Assembly (NCBI GenBank): GCA_964187785.1
Contig: OZ076409.1
Coordinates: 72,914,001 to 72,978,000, forward strand
Length of the DNA stretch: 64,000 nt
Reading direction: 5' to 3'
Origin: Amphiscolops sp. MND2022
Lineage: Eukaryota
The stretch's first letter is position 1; the number at the start of each line of letters is the position of its first letter. The position numbers and the translations under genes are program-made. Positions 49,419 through 63,536 of this stretch are shown one piece after another. A model generated the notes under the pieces. That model was not told the DNA's origin and did no database searches. It worked only from the letters and a program-made list of their open reading frames with translations.

Positions 49419-52400
49419 GTGCCGGGATTTCTATTCGTTCGAGTATGTGGCGCGTGTGGGTAGGGCCCCTGGCGCGCTCTTGTGTTTGGGGGTTTCCTAC
49501 TTCTAAATCACGTTCAGATTTCCGGGATCTCGTAAACTATCCATACGATTTGGCTGAAATTTGGCACACGTACCCCCCTCGGCACGGTGAAGATGATTTC
49601 CTACTGACGTTTTTCCCGCTAAACATTTTTTGTTGACCAAAATAACGGTTTTTGGTGGAAAATTTTTGATTTTTTTTAAATTTTATCTTATATCTCGCCA
49701 CGGGTCCACGCTAGCGCTTCCAAACCTTGCTGACGAAACCTCGCAAACTGTCTCAGGAATGCTGTGTGAAATTTTCAGCTCAATCGGACTTAAACTCGGG
49801 GAGATATAGCGTTTTTCCGGAGCGGGGGGGTTTCATTTTTCTAACGGTCCAGCTTATCTTTGCCATTTTTTCGAAAATGCACTCGCCTAAAGGCCTCCCC
49901 TGGCCGGTTTTACTCCCAAAAAAACCATTTGGCCCTAAATACGGAGTTTCAGCGTTCTAGCATTCCGGGGCGAAAAGTTGTGGTACTTAGTAAATTTCAA
50001 AAATTTTCAAAAATTTTTTTTTCGTTATTTGGGCCCCCAAAGTGGGGGAAAAGACCCCCCAACCAGTAATTTGAGTGAATTCATGTGGAAAGGCCATGTT
50101 TAGCGGCGAAAAATGCTTTTTAGATCGTCTTTTTATTTTAACCTGTTGTTGACTTATGTTGTTTTGAAGGTGATGTTTGGATGTGTGAAGCATGTGAAAA
50201 GGTAATTTTTTGTGTCTTTATCTCTTCTAAAAGCCATTGAGATGCAATCTGTTTTGCTCAAAACGTAATTCAATGCAATTTGGCAGTCAATGAACACAAT
50301 TTGGTGTCTTTTGTTATATTTTTCTGTTGATATAATAAAAAACTTTGTGTCTTTATTAATTTTTTTTAAATAAAATAACTTGAAACAGTTGAGTACATTC
50401 CATCCCCCCCTTCCGGGGGAGATGGAAATGTACTCGCTAAAAGCCGCGAACAAGAGCCCATACCTTCCTGCGCTACGCAGTATAAAGATTGCATGTTGGT
50501 TCCGACTTTTTGGTAGTGTTATATCTTGGTAATTTGACTGAATATGGAGAAAAATCAGCAAGTGCTCTTTTATAGCAAATTGCTGACAACGACAATTTTT
50601 TTATATCAACGCCCCCATATTTATCAACGCCCCCCGTCCGTGGGCATGCCGAGGCATGCCCTTCGACGACGTATACCAAGATATACTCCCGAGCGCGGTA
50701 GCCGCTAGGTGCCGGGATTACTATTCGTTCGAGTATGTGGCGCGTGTGGGTAGGGCCCCTGGCGCGCTCTTTTATTTCGGGTACACCTACTCCAAATTCA
50801 CGATGTGATTTCGACGATCTCGTAAACTAGCCACACGATTTGGCTGAAATTTGGCACACGTACCCCCCTCGGCACGGTGAAGATGATTCCCTACTGACGT
50901 TTTGCCCGCTAAACATTTTTTGTTGACCAAAATAACGGTTTTTGGGGGAAAATTTTGAACTTTTTTTAAATTTCGTCTTATATCTCGCCACGGGTTTACG
51001 CTAGCGCTTCAAAACCTTGCTAACGAAAGCTTGCAAACTGTCTCAGGAATGCGGTGTGAAAATTTCAGCCCAATCGGACTTAAACTCGAGGAGATATAGC
51101 GTTTTTCCGGAGCGGGGGGGTTTCATTTTTCTAACGGTCCAGCTTATCTTTGCCATTTTTTCGAAAATGCACTCGCCTAAAGGCCTCCCCTGGCCGGTTT
51201 TATTCCCAGCAAAACCATTTGGCCCTAAATACGGAGTTTCAGCGTTCCAGCATTCCCGGGCGAAAAGTTGTGGGACTTAGAAAATTTCAAAAATTTTCAA
51301 AAAAATTTTTTCCGTTATTTGGGCCCCCAAAGTGGGGCAAAAGACCCCCCAACCAGTAAAGCAAGTGAATGCATGTGGAAAGCCCTTGTTTAGACGAGAA
51401 AAATGGCGTTTAGAACGTTTTTTTATCGTAACTTGACATTGACTTTTGTCGTTTTGAAGGTGACCGTTAGATACGGAAAATTGATGTTTTGAGTGTTTAT
51501 CCCATCTGAAAGTCATTGAGATACAACATGTTTTGCTCAAAACGTGTTTCATTGGAGTTTCGCTGTCCATTAACACCCTTTGGTGTCTTTTGACGTAATT
51601 TTCGTTTCTATAATAACAATTTCTTTGTGTATTTATTCATTTTTTTCTCATCAAATAACTTGAAACAGTTGAGTACATTCCATCTCCCTTCCCGGGGGAG
51701 ATGAGAATGTACTCGCTAAAGGTCAGGAACTACGGTCTATATCTTCCACAACACAAAAGAGATTGCAAATTGTTTCAGTTTGTCGCAGAAAACTTCTTTT
51801 TGCACTCTGTGACTCGACAAAGTGAACGTTTCTTACTTACTTTGAATCTCACCATACCACAACTCATCTCTAACGTCAACGCCCCCCACACACATCAACG
51901 CCCCCCGTCCGTGGGCATGCCGAGGCATGCCCTTCGACGACGTATAGCAAAATATATTCGAACGCGGTAGCCGCTAGGTGCCGGTGTATTTTTACACAAT
52001 GGGGGAAGTTGCGCGGTTGGGTAGGGTCCCTGACGCGCTCCCGGGATTTCGGATTTTTTAACCTTTACGTACCCATCAAAAATTTTGGGATCTCGAAAAC
52101 TAGCCGTACGATTTGGCTGAAATTTGGCACACGTACCCCCCTCGGCACGGTGAAGATGATTCCCTACTGACGTTTTTCTCGCTAAACATTTTTTGTTGAC
52201 CAAAATAACGGTTTTTGGGGTAAAATTTTCAACTTTTTTTAAATTTCATCTTATATCTCGCCACGGGTACACGCTAGCGCTTCCAAACCTTGCTGACGAA
52301 AGTTTGCAAACTGTCTCAGGAATGCTGTGTGAAATTTTCAGCTCAATCGAACTCGAACTCGAGGAGATATAGCGTTTTTCCGGAGCGGGGGGGTTTCATT

Positions 52401-53267
52401 TTTCTAACGGTCCAGCTTATCTTTGCCATTTTTTCGGAAATGCACTCGCCTAAAGGCCTCCCCTGGCCGGTTTTATTCCCAGCAAAACCATTTGGCCCTA
52501 AATACGGAGTTTCAGCGTTCCAGCATTCCCGGGCGAAAAGTTGTGGGACTTAGAAAAGTTCAAAAATTTTCAAAAAAATTTTTTTCCGTTATTTGGGCCC
52601 CCAAAGTGGGGGAAAAGACCCCCCAACCAGTAAGGCAAGTGAATGCATGTGCAAAGCCCTTGTTTAGAGGAGAAAAATGCCGTTTAGAACGTCTTTTTAT
52701 CTTGGCTCAACGTTGACTTATGACGTTTTGAAGGTGATGTTTGGAGGTGTAAAGCACGTGAATAGTAAACGTTATGAGTATTTATCTGATCTGAAAGCCA
52801 TTGAGATGCAATATGGTTTGCTCAAAACGTAATTCATGGCAGTTTGGCAATCAATCAACACCCTTTGTTGTCGTTTGACATACTTTTTTGTGGTTATAAT
52901 AAAAAATTTTGTGTATTTATTCATTTTTTTCTCATCGAATAACTTGAAACAGTTGAGTACATTCCATCCCCCCTTCCGGGGGAGATGAGAATGTACTCGC
53001 AAAAAGCCCCGAACTACGGCCCTTACCTTCCCGAGCTACGCAGTATAAAGATTGCATATTGGTTCCGACATTTTCATAGAGTTAAATCTTGGTAATCTGT
53101 CTGGATATGCAGAAAAACCAGCACGTGCTTTTTTATACCAAGTTGCTCACAACGACAATTATTTTATATCAACGCCCCCATATTTATCAACGCCCCCCGT
53201 CCGTGGGCATGCCGAGGCATGCCCTTCGACGACGTATACCAAGATATGTTCGAGCGCGTTAGCCTAG
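49419..53267 (+). repeat. U31-U33, three S-c units with different heads and tails (1290, 1269, 1290 bp)
   Basis: Starts 49419, 50709, 51978; 20-mers 50642, 51913, 53205. Confidence 0.9.
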
Positions 53268-54541
53268 GTGCCGATCCCCTTTGGGATGCCTTAGTTTCGA
53301 GGGCGGGGTAGGGCCCCCTGCCCGAGTCTAGTATAAACAACGTAAGGCGATTTTAACAGTGAGGTATCGATTTTCTAAACGAGCCATACGATTTGGCTGA
53401 AATTTTGCATACGGCTTCCTATAACAATCCTAAGAACTAATCCCTACTGGCGTTTTGCCCGGAAAAATCAAAAAGTGGGTCAAAATCTTAGTTTTTTGGT
53501 CAAAAAATGGCGTTTTTTTGGAAAAAAATTTTTTAAGAGCCAATATCTCGCTCCACAGGCCCCGGATCAAAAAGTGTACAATTGTTCGCGTGCTAGGCAC
53601 TTCATGAACTGTCCGTAGACAAATTTTCGTCCAGATCGGATAAAAATTGACTGAGTAATAGAAAACTTTGAAAGTGATTTTGACGACATTTTTCGAAAAC
53701 CTAGTCTATCTCTGCCGTTTTTTGCCCAGATTTTTTTCCAGGACCTCTCGTAAAGGCCTCCCCTGGCCGGTTTACCTCCCAGAAAAACCATTTGGCCCTT
53801 TTGCCGCAGTTTCAGCGTTCCAGGATTCCCCGGGTAAAAGATAAATGACTTAGAATTTTTTCAAAAATTTTTCAAAATTTTTTTTTTCAACTTCAGGCCT
53901 CCCAAAGTCAAGAAACTTCCATACAACTAGTATTGCAAGTGAATGCATGTGGAAAGTGCTCGAATAGACGAGAAAAATGAGCTATTATAAACCTCTGTAG
54001 CTCAACCTGACGTTGACTTATGACAATTTTAGTGTGAGCTTGCTATATGGTAAAAAAATTCAAAAATTGAAAATCGAAGTTAAGTCTCATCCAAAACTCA
54101 TCGGAATACGTTCAATCCATCCCAAAGCGGTTTATTTCCAGCTATAGAGTGCAGCAACACCGTTCAAGGTCATTTGACCTATTTCAATAGGTTTTGACTC
54201 TGTCTTATCCATCCGATAGTTCGAAACAGTTGAGTACATTCCATCTCCCCTCCGTGGGAGATGGTAATGTACTCGCAAAAAGTCAAGGTCCTACCACCCT
54301 ATTCTACCCGGAGTGGTGCTAGCAATGCAGTAGCGTGAGCCCCAGGTTGTTTGCAGTAGCCTTTACGTATGTTGTGACTATGTATTACAATTCTAACTCT
54401 GTTACTAAACAATAAAAATTGTTTCAATCTCAAATTTTTTTTTCAACTTTAGTATGTCACCAATAAACATATATCCATCTTTCCTACTACAACCACCCTA
54501 CCACCCGGCCCCTTGTCCACTGTTCAACCGTTCACGTCTAG
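53268..54541 (+). repeat. U34, family S-b, lacks the 20-mer (1274 bp)
   Basis: Same length as U2 and almost the same sequence. Confidence 0.92.
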
Positions 54542-55821
54542 GTGCCGGTGTTTTCTTCACTTTTGAGGAAGTTGCGCGTGTGGGTAGGGCCCCTGGCGCG
54601 CTCCGTTGTCCCTGTGTTTACATCTTAGAAAATTTGAGTAAAAAAATGGGATCTCGAAAACTGGCCACACGATTTGGCTGAAATTTTGCATACGGCTCCC
54701 TATGACAGTTGTAAGAACTAATCCCTAGTGGCGTTTTGCCCGGAAAATTTTTTTTGTTGACTTATTCACATTTTTAGGGTCAAAAAATGGCGTTTTTTTG
54801 AAAAATTTTTTTTCAGAGACAATTACTCGAAACTGGTGCACCCAGCGCAGTAACGCCTAGCTGATTTATTGTTGGGCATTTCATGAGGAGTCCGTATACA
54901 AATTTTCGTCCAAATCGGATAAAAAATGATTGAGAAATAACTGAAAATTTGAGGAATTTTTTGGGAAATTTTCGACAACCCAGTCTATCTCTGCCGTTTT
55001 TTGCCCAGATTTTTTTTGAGACACTCTCCTAAAGACCTCCCCTGGCCGGTTTACCTCCCAGCAAAACCATTTGGCCCTAAATACGAAGTTTCAGCGTTCT
55101 AGCATTCCCGGGCGAAAAGTTGTGGGACTTAGAATAAGTTTTTGGAAACGCAAAATGTGTAAAGTCAACTTCAGGCCTCCCAAAGTCAAGGAACTTCCAC
55201 ACAACTAGGATTGCAAGTGGATGCATGTGGAAAGTACTGGGATAGACGAGAAAAATGAGCTATAGAACGACTCTGTAGCTTAACTTGACGTTGACTTATG
55301 ATGTTTTGAATGTGTGCTTGCTAAGGGGTCCGAAATTGAAAATTTGTAAAGAAAATTAATTTCGTCAAAAATTCATCGGAATGCCTGCAATGTACAGTAG
55401 AGCGTGTTCAATTGTAGCTGAGTAATGCATCAACGCCGTTCAAGGTCTTTTAACTCAGTTTCAAAATTTTTTACACTGTATTATCCATCCGAGAGATCGA
55501 AACAGTTGAGTACATTCCATCTCCCTCCCGGGGGAGATGAGAATGTACTCGCTAAAGTCCAGATACCACAGCCCATATTTGTTTCTCTGCAACGCCATCT
55601 ATGCTACTGCACATAACTACTAATCTTAAGACTGAATTTTGCCTTCACTTTGAGTTGACATATGATGAAGGTTTGATCCTTTCACACATCATTATTACCT
55701 GAACAAAACAACCCTAACATCAACGCCCCACACTCACATCAACGCCCACCGTCCGTGGGCATGCCGAGGCATGCCCTTCGACGACGTATACCAAGATATA
55801 CATAAGCGCGGTAGCCGCTAG
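54542..55821 (+). repeat. U35, mosaic short unit with S-a 3' body (1280 bp)
   Basis: 5' body resembles U7, 3' body resembles U1; 20-mer 55757-55776. Confidence 0.88.
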
Positions 55822-58800
55822 GTGCCGGTGTCTTTTTACACAATGGGGGAAGTTGCGCGGTTGGGGAGGGTCCCTGACGCGCTTCCGTGAGATCAGGTTT
55901 TTCAACTAGTGAAATCGACAAAGAAAATTGAGATCTCGTAAACTAGCCATACGATTTGGCTGAAATTTGGCACACGTACCCCCCTCGGCACGGTGAAGAT
56001 GATTCCCTACTGACGTTTTGCTCGCTAAACATTTTTTGTTGACCAAAATAACGGTTTTTGGGGTAAAATTTTCAACTTTTTTTAAATTTCATCTTATATC
56101 TCGGCACGGGTACACGCTAGCGCTTTCAAACCTTGCTGACGAAAGTTTGCAAACTGTCTCAGGAATGCTGTGTGAAATTTTCAGCTCAATCGGACTCAAA
56201 CTCGAGGAGATATAGCGTTTTTCCGGAGCGGGGGGGTTTCATTTTTCTAACGGTCCAGCTTATCTTTGCCATTTTTTCGAAAATGTACTCGTCTAAAGGC
56301 CTCCCCTGGCCGGTTTTATTCCCAGCAAAACCATTTGGCCCTAAATACGGAGTTTCAGCGTTCCAGCATTTCCGGGCGAAAAGTTGTGGGACTTAGAAAA
56401 TTTCAAAAATTTTCATAAAAATTTTATTCCGTTATTTGGGCCCCCAAAGTGGGGGAAAAGACCCCCCAACCAGTAAAGCAAGTGAATGCATGTGCAAAGC
56501 CCTTGTTTGGACGAGAAAAATGCCGTTTAGAACGTCTTTTTATCTTGACTCAACGTTGACTTATGACGTTTTGAAGGTGATGTTTGGAGGTGTAAAGCAA
56601 GTGAATAGTAAACGTTATGAGTATTTATCTGATCTGAAAGCCATTGAGATGCAATATGGTTTGCTCAAAACGTAATTCATTGCAGTTTGGCAATCAATCA
56701 ACACCCTTTGTTGTCGTTTGACATACTTTTTTGTTGTTATAATAAAAAATTTTGTGTATTTATTCATTTTTTTCTCATCAAATAACTTGGAACAGTTGAG
56801 TACATTCCATCCCCCCCTTCCGGGGGAGATGAGAATGTACTCGCAAAAAGCACCGAACTACGGTCCTTACCTTCCCGAGCTACGCAGTATAAGGATTACA
56901 TATTGGTTCCGACATTTTCATAGAGTTATATCTTGGTAATCTGTCTGGATATGCCGAAAAATCAGCACGTGCCTTTTAATACCAAGTTGCTCACAACGAC
57001 AATTATTTTATATCAACGCCCCCATATTTATCAACGCCCCCCGTCCGTGGGCATGCCGAGGCATGCCCTTCGACGACCCGCACCAAAATATGCGTTAGCG
57101 CGGTAGCTGCTAGGTGCCGGGATTTCTATTCGATAAAGTATGTGGCGCGCCTTGGGTAGGGTCCCTTGCGCGCTCTTGGGTATGGTGTTCACCAGCTAGG
57201 AAACAGGGGTCGATTTTTCGGGATCTCCTAAACTAGCCACACGATTTGGCTGAAATTTGGCACACGTACCCCCCTCGGCACGGTGAAGATGATTTCCTAC
57301 TGACGTTTTTCCCGCAAAATTTTTTTTGTTGTCCAAAATAACGGTTTTTGGGGGAAAATTTTGAACTTTTTTTAAATTTCATCTTATATCTCGCCACCGG
57401 TTTACGCTAGCGCTTCAAAACCCTGCTAAAGAAAGCTTGCAAACTGTCTCAGGAATGCGGTGTGAAATTTTCAGCTCAATCGGACTCAAACTCGGGGAGA
57501 TATAGCGTTTTTCCGGAGCGGGGGGGTTTCATTTTTCTAACGGTCCACCTTATCTTTGCCATTTTTTCGAAAATGCACTCGCCTAAAGGCCTCCCCTGGC
57601 CGGTTTTATTCCCAGCAAAACCATTTGGCCCTAAATACGGAGTTTCAGCGTTCCAGCATTCCCGGGCGAAAAGTTGTGGGACTTAGAAAATTTCAAAAAT
57701 TTTCAAAAAATTTTTTTTCCGTTATTTGGGCCCCCAAAGTGGGGGAAAAGACCCCCCAACCAGTAGGGCAAGTGAATGCATGTGCAAAGCCCTTGTTTAG
57801 AGGAGAAAAATGCCGTTTAGAACGTCTTTTTATCTTGGCTCAACGTTGACTTATGACGTTTTGAAGGTGATGTTTGGAGGTGTAAAGCACGTGAATAGTA
57901 AACGTTATGAGTATTTATCTGATCTGAAAGCCATTGAGATGCAATATGGTTTGCTCAAAACGTAATTCATGGCAGTTTGGCAATCAATCAACACCCTTTG
58001 TTGTCGTTTGACATACTTTTTTGTTGTTATAATAAAAAATTTTGTGTATTTATTCATTTTTTTCTCATCAAATAACTTGAAACAGTTGAGTACATTCCAT
58101 CCCCCCCTTCCGGGGGAGATGAGAATGTACTCGCAAAAAGCACCGAACTACGGCCCTTACCTTCCCGAGCTACGCAGTATAAGGATTACATATTGGTTCC
58201 GACATTTTCATAGAGTTAAATCTTGGTAATCTGTCTGGATATGCAGAAAAATCAGCACGTGCCTTTCAATACCAAGTTGCTTACAACGACAATTATTTTA
58301 TATCAACGCCCCCATATTTATCAACGCCCCCCGTCCGTGGGCATGCCGAGGCATGCCCTTCGACGACGTATACCAAGATATGTTCGAGCGCGTTAGCCTA
58401 GGTGCCGGTGTCTTTTTACACAATGGGGGAAGTTGCGCGGTTGGGGAGGGTCCCTGACGCGCTTCCGTGAGATCAGGTTTTTCAACTAGTGAAATCGACA
58501 AAGAAAATTGAGATCTCGTAAACTAGCCATACGATTTGGCTGAAATTTGGCACACGTACCCCCCTCGGCACGGTGAAGATGATTTCCTACTGACGTTTTT
58601 CCCGCTAAACATTTTTTGTTGACCAAAATAACGGTTTTTGGGGTAAAATTTTCAACTTTTTTTAAATTTCATCTTATATCTCGCCACGGGTTTACGCTAG
58701 CGCTTCCAAATCTTGCTGACGAAACCTTGCAAACTGTCTCAGGAATGCTGTGTGAAAATTTCAGCTCAATCGGACTTAAACTCGATGAGATATAGCGTTT

Positions 58801-59692
58801 TTCCGGAGCGGGGGGGTTTCATTTTTCTAACGGTCCAGCTTATCTTTGCCATTTTTTCGAAAATGCACTCGCCTAAAGGCCTCCCCTGGCCGGTTTTATT
58901 CCCAGCAAAACCATTTGGCCCTAAATACGGAGTTTCAGCGTTCCAGCATTCTCGGGCGAAAAGTTGTGGGACTTAGAAAATTTCAAAAATTTTCAAAAAA
59001 TTTTTTTTTCGTTATTTGGGCCCCCAAAGTGGGGGAAAAGACCCCCCAACCAGTAAATCAAGTGAATGCATGTGGAAAGGCCATGTTTAGAGGAGAAAAA
59101 TGCCGTTTAGAACGTCTTTTTATCTTGGCTCAACGTTGACTTATGACGTTTTGAAGGTGATGTTTGGAGGTGTAAAGCAAGTGAATAGTAAACGTTATGA
59201 GTATTTATCTGATCTGAAAGCCATTGAGATGCAATATGGTTTGCTCAAAACGTAATTCATTGCAGTTTGGCAATCAATCAACACCCTTTGTTGTCGTTTG
59301 ACATACTTTTTGGTGTTAAAATAAAAAATTTTGTGTATTTATTCATTTTTTTCTCATCAAATAACTTGGAACAGTTGAGTACATTCCATCCCCCCCTTCC
59401 GGGGGAGATGAGAATGTACTCGCAAAAAGCACCGAACTACGGCCCTTACCTTCCCGAGCTACGCAGTATAAGGATTACATATTGGTTCCGACATTTTCAT
59501 AGAGTTATATCTTGGTAATCTGTCTGGATATGCCGAAAAATCAGCACGTGCCTTTTAATACCAAGTTGCTCACAACGACAATTATTTTATATCAACGCCC
59601 CCATATTTATCAACGCCCCCCGTCCGTGGGCATGCCGAGGCATGCCCTTCGACGACCCGCACCAAAATATGCGTTAGCGCGGTAGCTGCTAG
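55822..59692 (+). repeat. U36-U38, three S-c units; U36 and U38 share head and tail (1292, 1288, 1291 bp)
   Basis: Starts 55822, 57114, 58402; 20-mers 57049, 58339, 59628. Confidence 0.9.
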
Positions 59693-60972
59693 GTGCCGGG
59701 ATTTCTATTCGATAAAGTAAGTTGCGCGGTTGGGTAGGGCCCCGTGAGCGCGCCCGTGTCTGTGTTTTTTGAACCTGAATTTGCGGGTGCCAAAATAGAC
59801 GATCTCCTAAACTATCCATACGATTTGGCTCAAATTTGGCATACGGGTTCCTGAGACAGATATAAGAACTAATTCCTACTGGCGTTTTGCCCGGAAAATT
59901 TTTTTTGTTGCGCAAACTTGAAATTTTTGACAAAAAAATGCGATTTTTTTTGAAAATTTTTTTTTGAGAGGCCATATCTTTTTTCAGGGTGCCCGGAGCG
60001 GAACGCGTTAAACTGATTATAAACTCTACGGTTCATGGGCTGTACGGGGAACCTATTTTTGTTGGAATCCGACTTGTAGATTTTGAGATATATTATCAAA
60101 TTTGGGTGTTTTTTTTCCAATTTTTCGAAAAACCTGTTTTATCTCTGCCGTTTTTTGCCCAGATTTTTTTCTAGACCCTCTCCTAAAGGCCTCCCCTGGC
60201 CGGATTACGTCCCAGCAAAACCATTTGGCCCTAAATACGAAGTTTCAGCGTTCTAGCATTCTCGGGCGAAAAGTTGTGGGACTTAGAAAATTTTTTTTTA
60301 AAACGCAAAATGTGTAAAGTCAACTTCAGGCCTCCCAAAGTCAAGGAACTTCCACACAACTAGGATTGCAAGTGGATGCATGTGGAAAGTGCTTGAATAG
60401 ACGAGGAAAATGAGCTATTTTAAAACTCTGTAGCTTAACCTGACGTTGACTTATGACAATTTTAGTGTGAGCTTGCTATGTGAGAAAAAAGTTCAAAAAT
60501 TGAAAATCGAAGCTAAGTCTCATCCAAAACTCATCGGAATACGTTCAATCCATTCCAAAGCGGTTTACTTCCAGCTATAGACTGCAGCAACACTATTCAA
60601 GACCATTGTACCCCTTTATATTAGTTTTGACATTGTATTATTCATCCGAGAGCACAAAGCAGTTGAGTACATTCCATCTCCCTTTCGGGGGAGATGAGAA
60701 TGTACTCGCTAAAGAACAGGTACTACAGCCAATTTTTGTATTTATGCGAAGCCATTCTATGCTATTGCACATAACAACTATGCTATTGACTTAATTGTGC
60801 CTACACTTTGCTATGACATATGCTAAACGTTTGGTCCTTACAACAACATACACATGACTAACGTCAACACCACATACTGTTACCAACGCCCACCGTCCGT
60901 GGGCATGCCGAGGCATGCCCTTCGACGACGTATGCCGAATACCTTCCAGCGACGCTCGCGCTCCCCGGCTAG
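59693..60972 (+). repeat. U39, mosaic short unit with S-d, S-a and S-b-like blocks (1280 bp)
   Basis: 20-mer 60901-60920. Confidence 0.88.
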
Positions 60973-62259
60973 GTGCCCGGATTTCTATTCATTAAAGTAT
61001 GTTGCGCGTGTGGGTAGGGCCCCGTGGCGCGCTCTTGTGTCCCTGTTCTCATAACTGCAATTTCCGGCAGCATTCTGAGCGATTTTCTAAACTATCCATA
61101 CGATTCGGCTGAAATTTGGCACACGTACCCCCCTCGGCACGGTGAAGATGATTTCCTACTGACGTTTTTCCCGCAAAATTTTTTTTGTTGTCCAAAATAA
61201 CGGTTTTTGGGGTAAAATTTTGAACTTTTTTTAAATTTCATCTTTTATCTCGCCACGGGTTTACGCTAGCGCTTCAAAACCCTGCTAAAGAAAGCTTGCA
61301 AACTGTCTCAGGAATGCGGTGTGAAATTTTCAGCACAATCGGACTTAAACTCGGGGAGATATAGCGTTTTTCCGGAGCGGGGGGGTTTCATTTTTCTAAC
61401 GGTCCAGCTTATCTTAGCCATTTTTTCGAAAATGTACTCGCCTAAAGACCTCCCCTGGCCGGTTTTATTCCCAGCAAAACCATTTGGCCCTAAATACGGA
61501 GTTTCAGCGTTCCAGCATTCCCGGGCGAAAAGTTGTGGGACTTAGAAAATTTCAAAAATTTTCAAAAAAATTTTTTTCCGTTTTCGCCCTCCCCCCCGAG
61601 GGGAAAAGACCCCCCAACCAGTAATTTGAGTGAATTCATGTGGAAAGGCCATGTTTAGAGGAGAAAAATCCCGTTTAAATCGTCTTTTTATCTTTATTCA
61701 ACGTTGACTTATGACGTTTTGAAGGTGATGTTTGGAGGTGTGAAGCACGTGAAAAGTAAACGTTATGAGTATTTATCTGATCTGAAAGCCATTGAGATGA
61801 AACCTGTTTTGCTCAAAACGTAATTCATATCAGTTTGGTAGTCAATCAACACCCTTTGTTGTCATTTGACATCTTTTTTTGTTGATATAAGAAAAAATTT
61901 CGTGTATTTATTCATTTTTTTCTCATCAAATAACTTGAAACAGTTGAGTACATTCCATCCCCCCTTCACGGGGGAGATGAGAATGTACTCGCAAAAAGCC
62001 CCAAACTACGGCCCTTACCTTCCCGAGCTACGCAGTATAAAGATTGCATATTGGTTCCGACATTTTGATAGAGTTATATCTTGGTAATCTGTCTGGATAC
62101 GCAGAAAAACCAGCACGTGCTTTTTTTACCAAGTTGCTTACAACGACATTTATTTTATATCAACGCCCCCATCTTTATCAACGCCCCCCGTCCGTGGGCA
62201 TGCCGAGGCATGCCCTTCGACGACGCGCACCAAAATTTTCACCGAGCGCGTTAGCCTGG
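60973..62259 (+). repeat. U40, family S-c, ends in CTGG (1287 bp)
   Basis: 20-mer 62196-62215; junction reads GCCTGGGTGGCC. Confidence 0.88.
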
Positions 62260-63536
62260 GTGGCCGGAAATTTTTTTTTCAGCAAAATCTTTGCCATTGG
62301 GGGAGGGGCCCCGGATGGCCAGTAGTTCGGCTTGGCTACCTGCAAATTCAGGTACAAAAAAACACGATCTCAAAATTGGCCCGTCAGAATTCGCTCATTT
62401 TTTGCATGCGGCCCTAGAATCAATATATAAGAACAAAGTCCTGCTGACGTTTTGCCGAAAAAACATTTTTTGTTGACCAAAAATAACATTTTTCATGCCA
62501 AAATTACCGTTTTTTCACATTTTTCAACTTTGAGAGCTCATATCTCGTTCCCAGGTGCCCGGAGCGGTTCGCACGTGAACTGCAATATTGCTCAACGTTG
62601 TTAACGGAGTGCGTGGACAAATTTTGGTCCAAATTGGACTTAATCTCGGGGAGATATAAACGGATTTTTGGGGGTTTCCGGGGTAAATTTTTTAACGGTC
62701 CAGCTTATCTTTGCCATTTTTTCGAAAATGTACTCGCCTAAAGGCCTCCCCCTGGCCGAATTTCCTCCCAGCAAAACCATTTGGCCCTAAATACGGAGTT
62801 TCAGCGTTCTAGCATTTCCGGGCGAAAAGTTGTGGGACTTAGAAAAAATTCAAAATTTTTCAAAAATTTTTTTTTCGTTTTCCGGCCCCCCAATGAAGGG
62901 GAACGACCCCCCAACTAGGATTTTTGGTGAATCCATGTGAAAGGGTCTTGTTTAGTGAAGAAAAATGCCGTTTAGAGCGACTTTTTATCTTAACTTGACG
63001 TTGACTTATGCCGTTTCGAATTTGATATTAGTATGTGTTGAGCATGTGAAAAGTTGAATATTTCAGTTGTTCTTTCGTGTTAGCCATTGAGATACAAGCT
63101 GTAGTGATCAAAATGTGATTTTTCGCAGTTTCGTGGTGCTTTTGGTGTATTTTGATTCTTTTGATAAAAAAGTTGTTCTTTATATATTGACAATTTTGGT
63201 GTATTGATTCAAATGAACATGAAACAGTTGAGTACATTTCATCTCCCTCTTGAGGGAGATGAGAATGTACTCGCTAAAGTCCTAGTACTATGGCCCATTT
63301 TTGTTTTTTTCAGACGCAGATACTGCCAACGGATACTTTTTGCTGGTGCAACTTTCCTGTGCACAATGTCTTTAGAAGCTAGAAAACTCTATGTCTCTAG
63401 CTTACTTCTCCTACAAATTCGTCACCGACGTCAACGCCACACACTCTCACTAACGCCCACCGTCTGTGGGCATGCCGAGGCATGCCCTTCGACGACGTAT
63501 GCCAAATAGCGCCACAGGGCGCCCAATTTTGTCTAG
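62260..63536 (+). repeat. U41, S-f-related mosaic unit (1277 bp)
   Basis: Head and tail like U7, internal block like U4; 20-mer 63468-63487. Confidence 0.88.
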
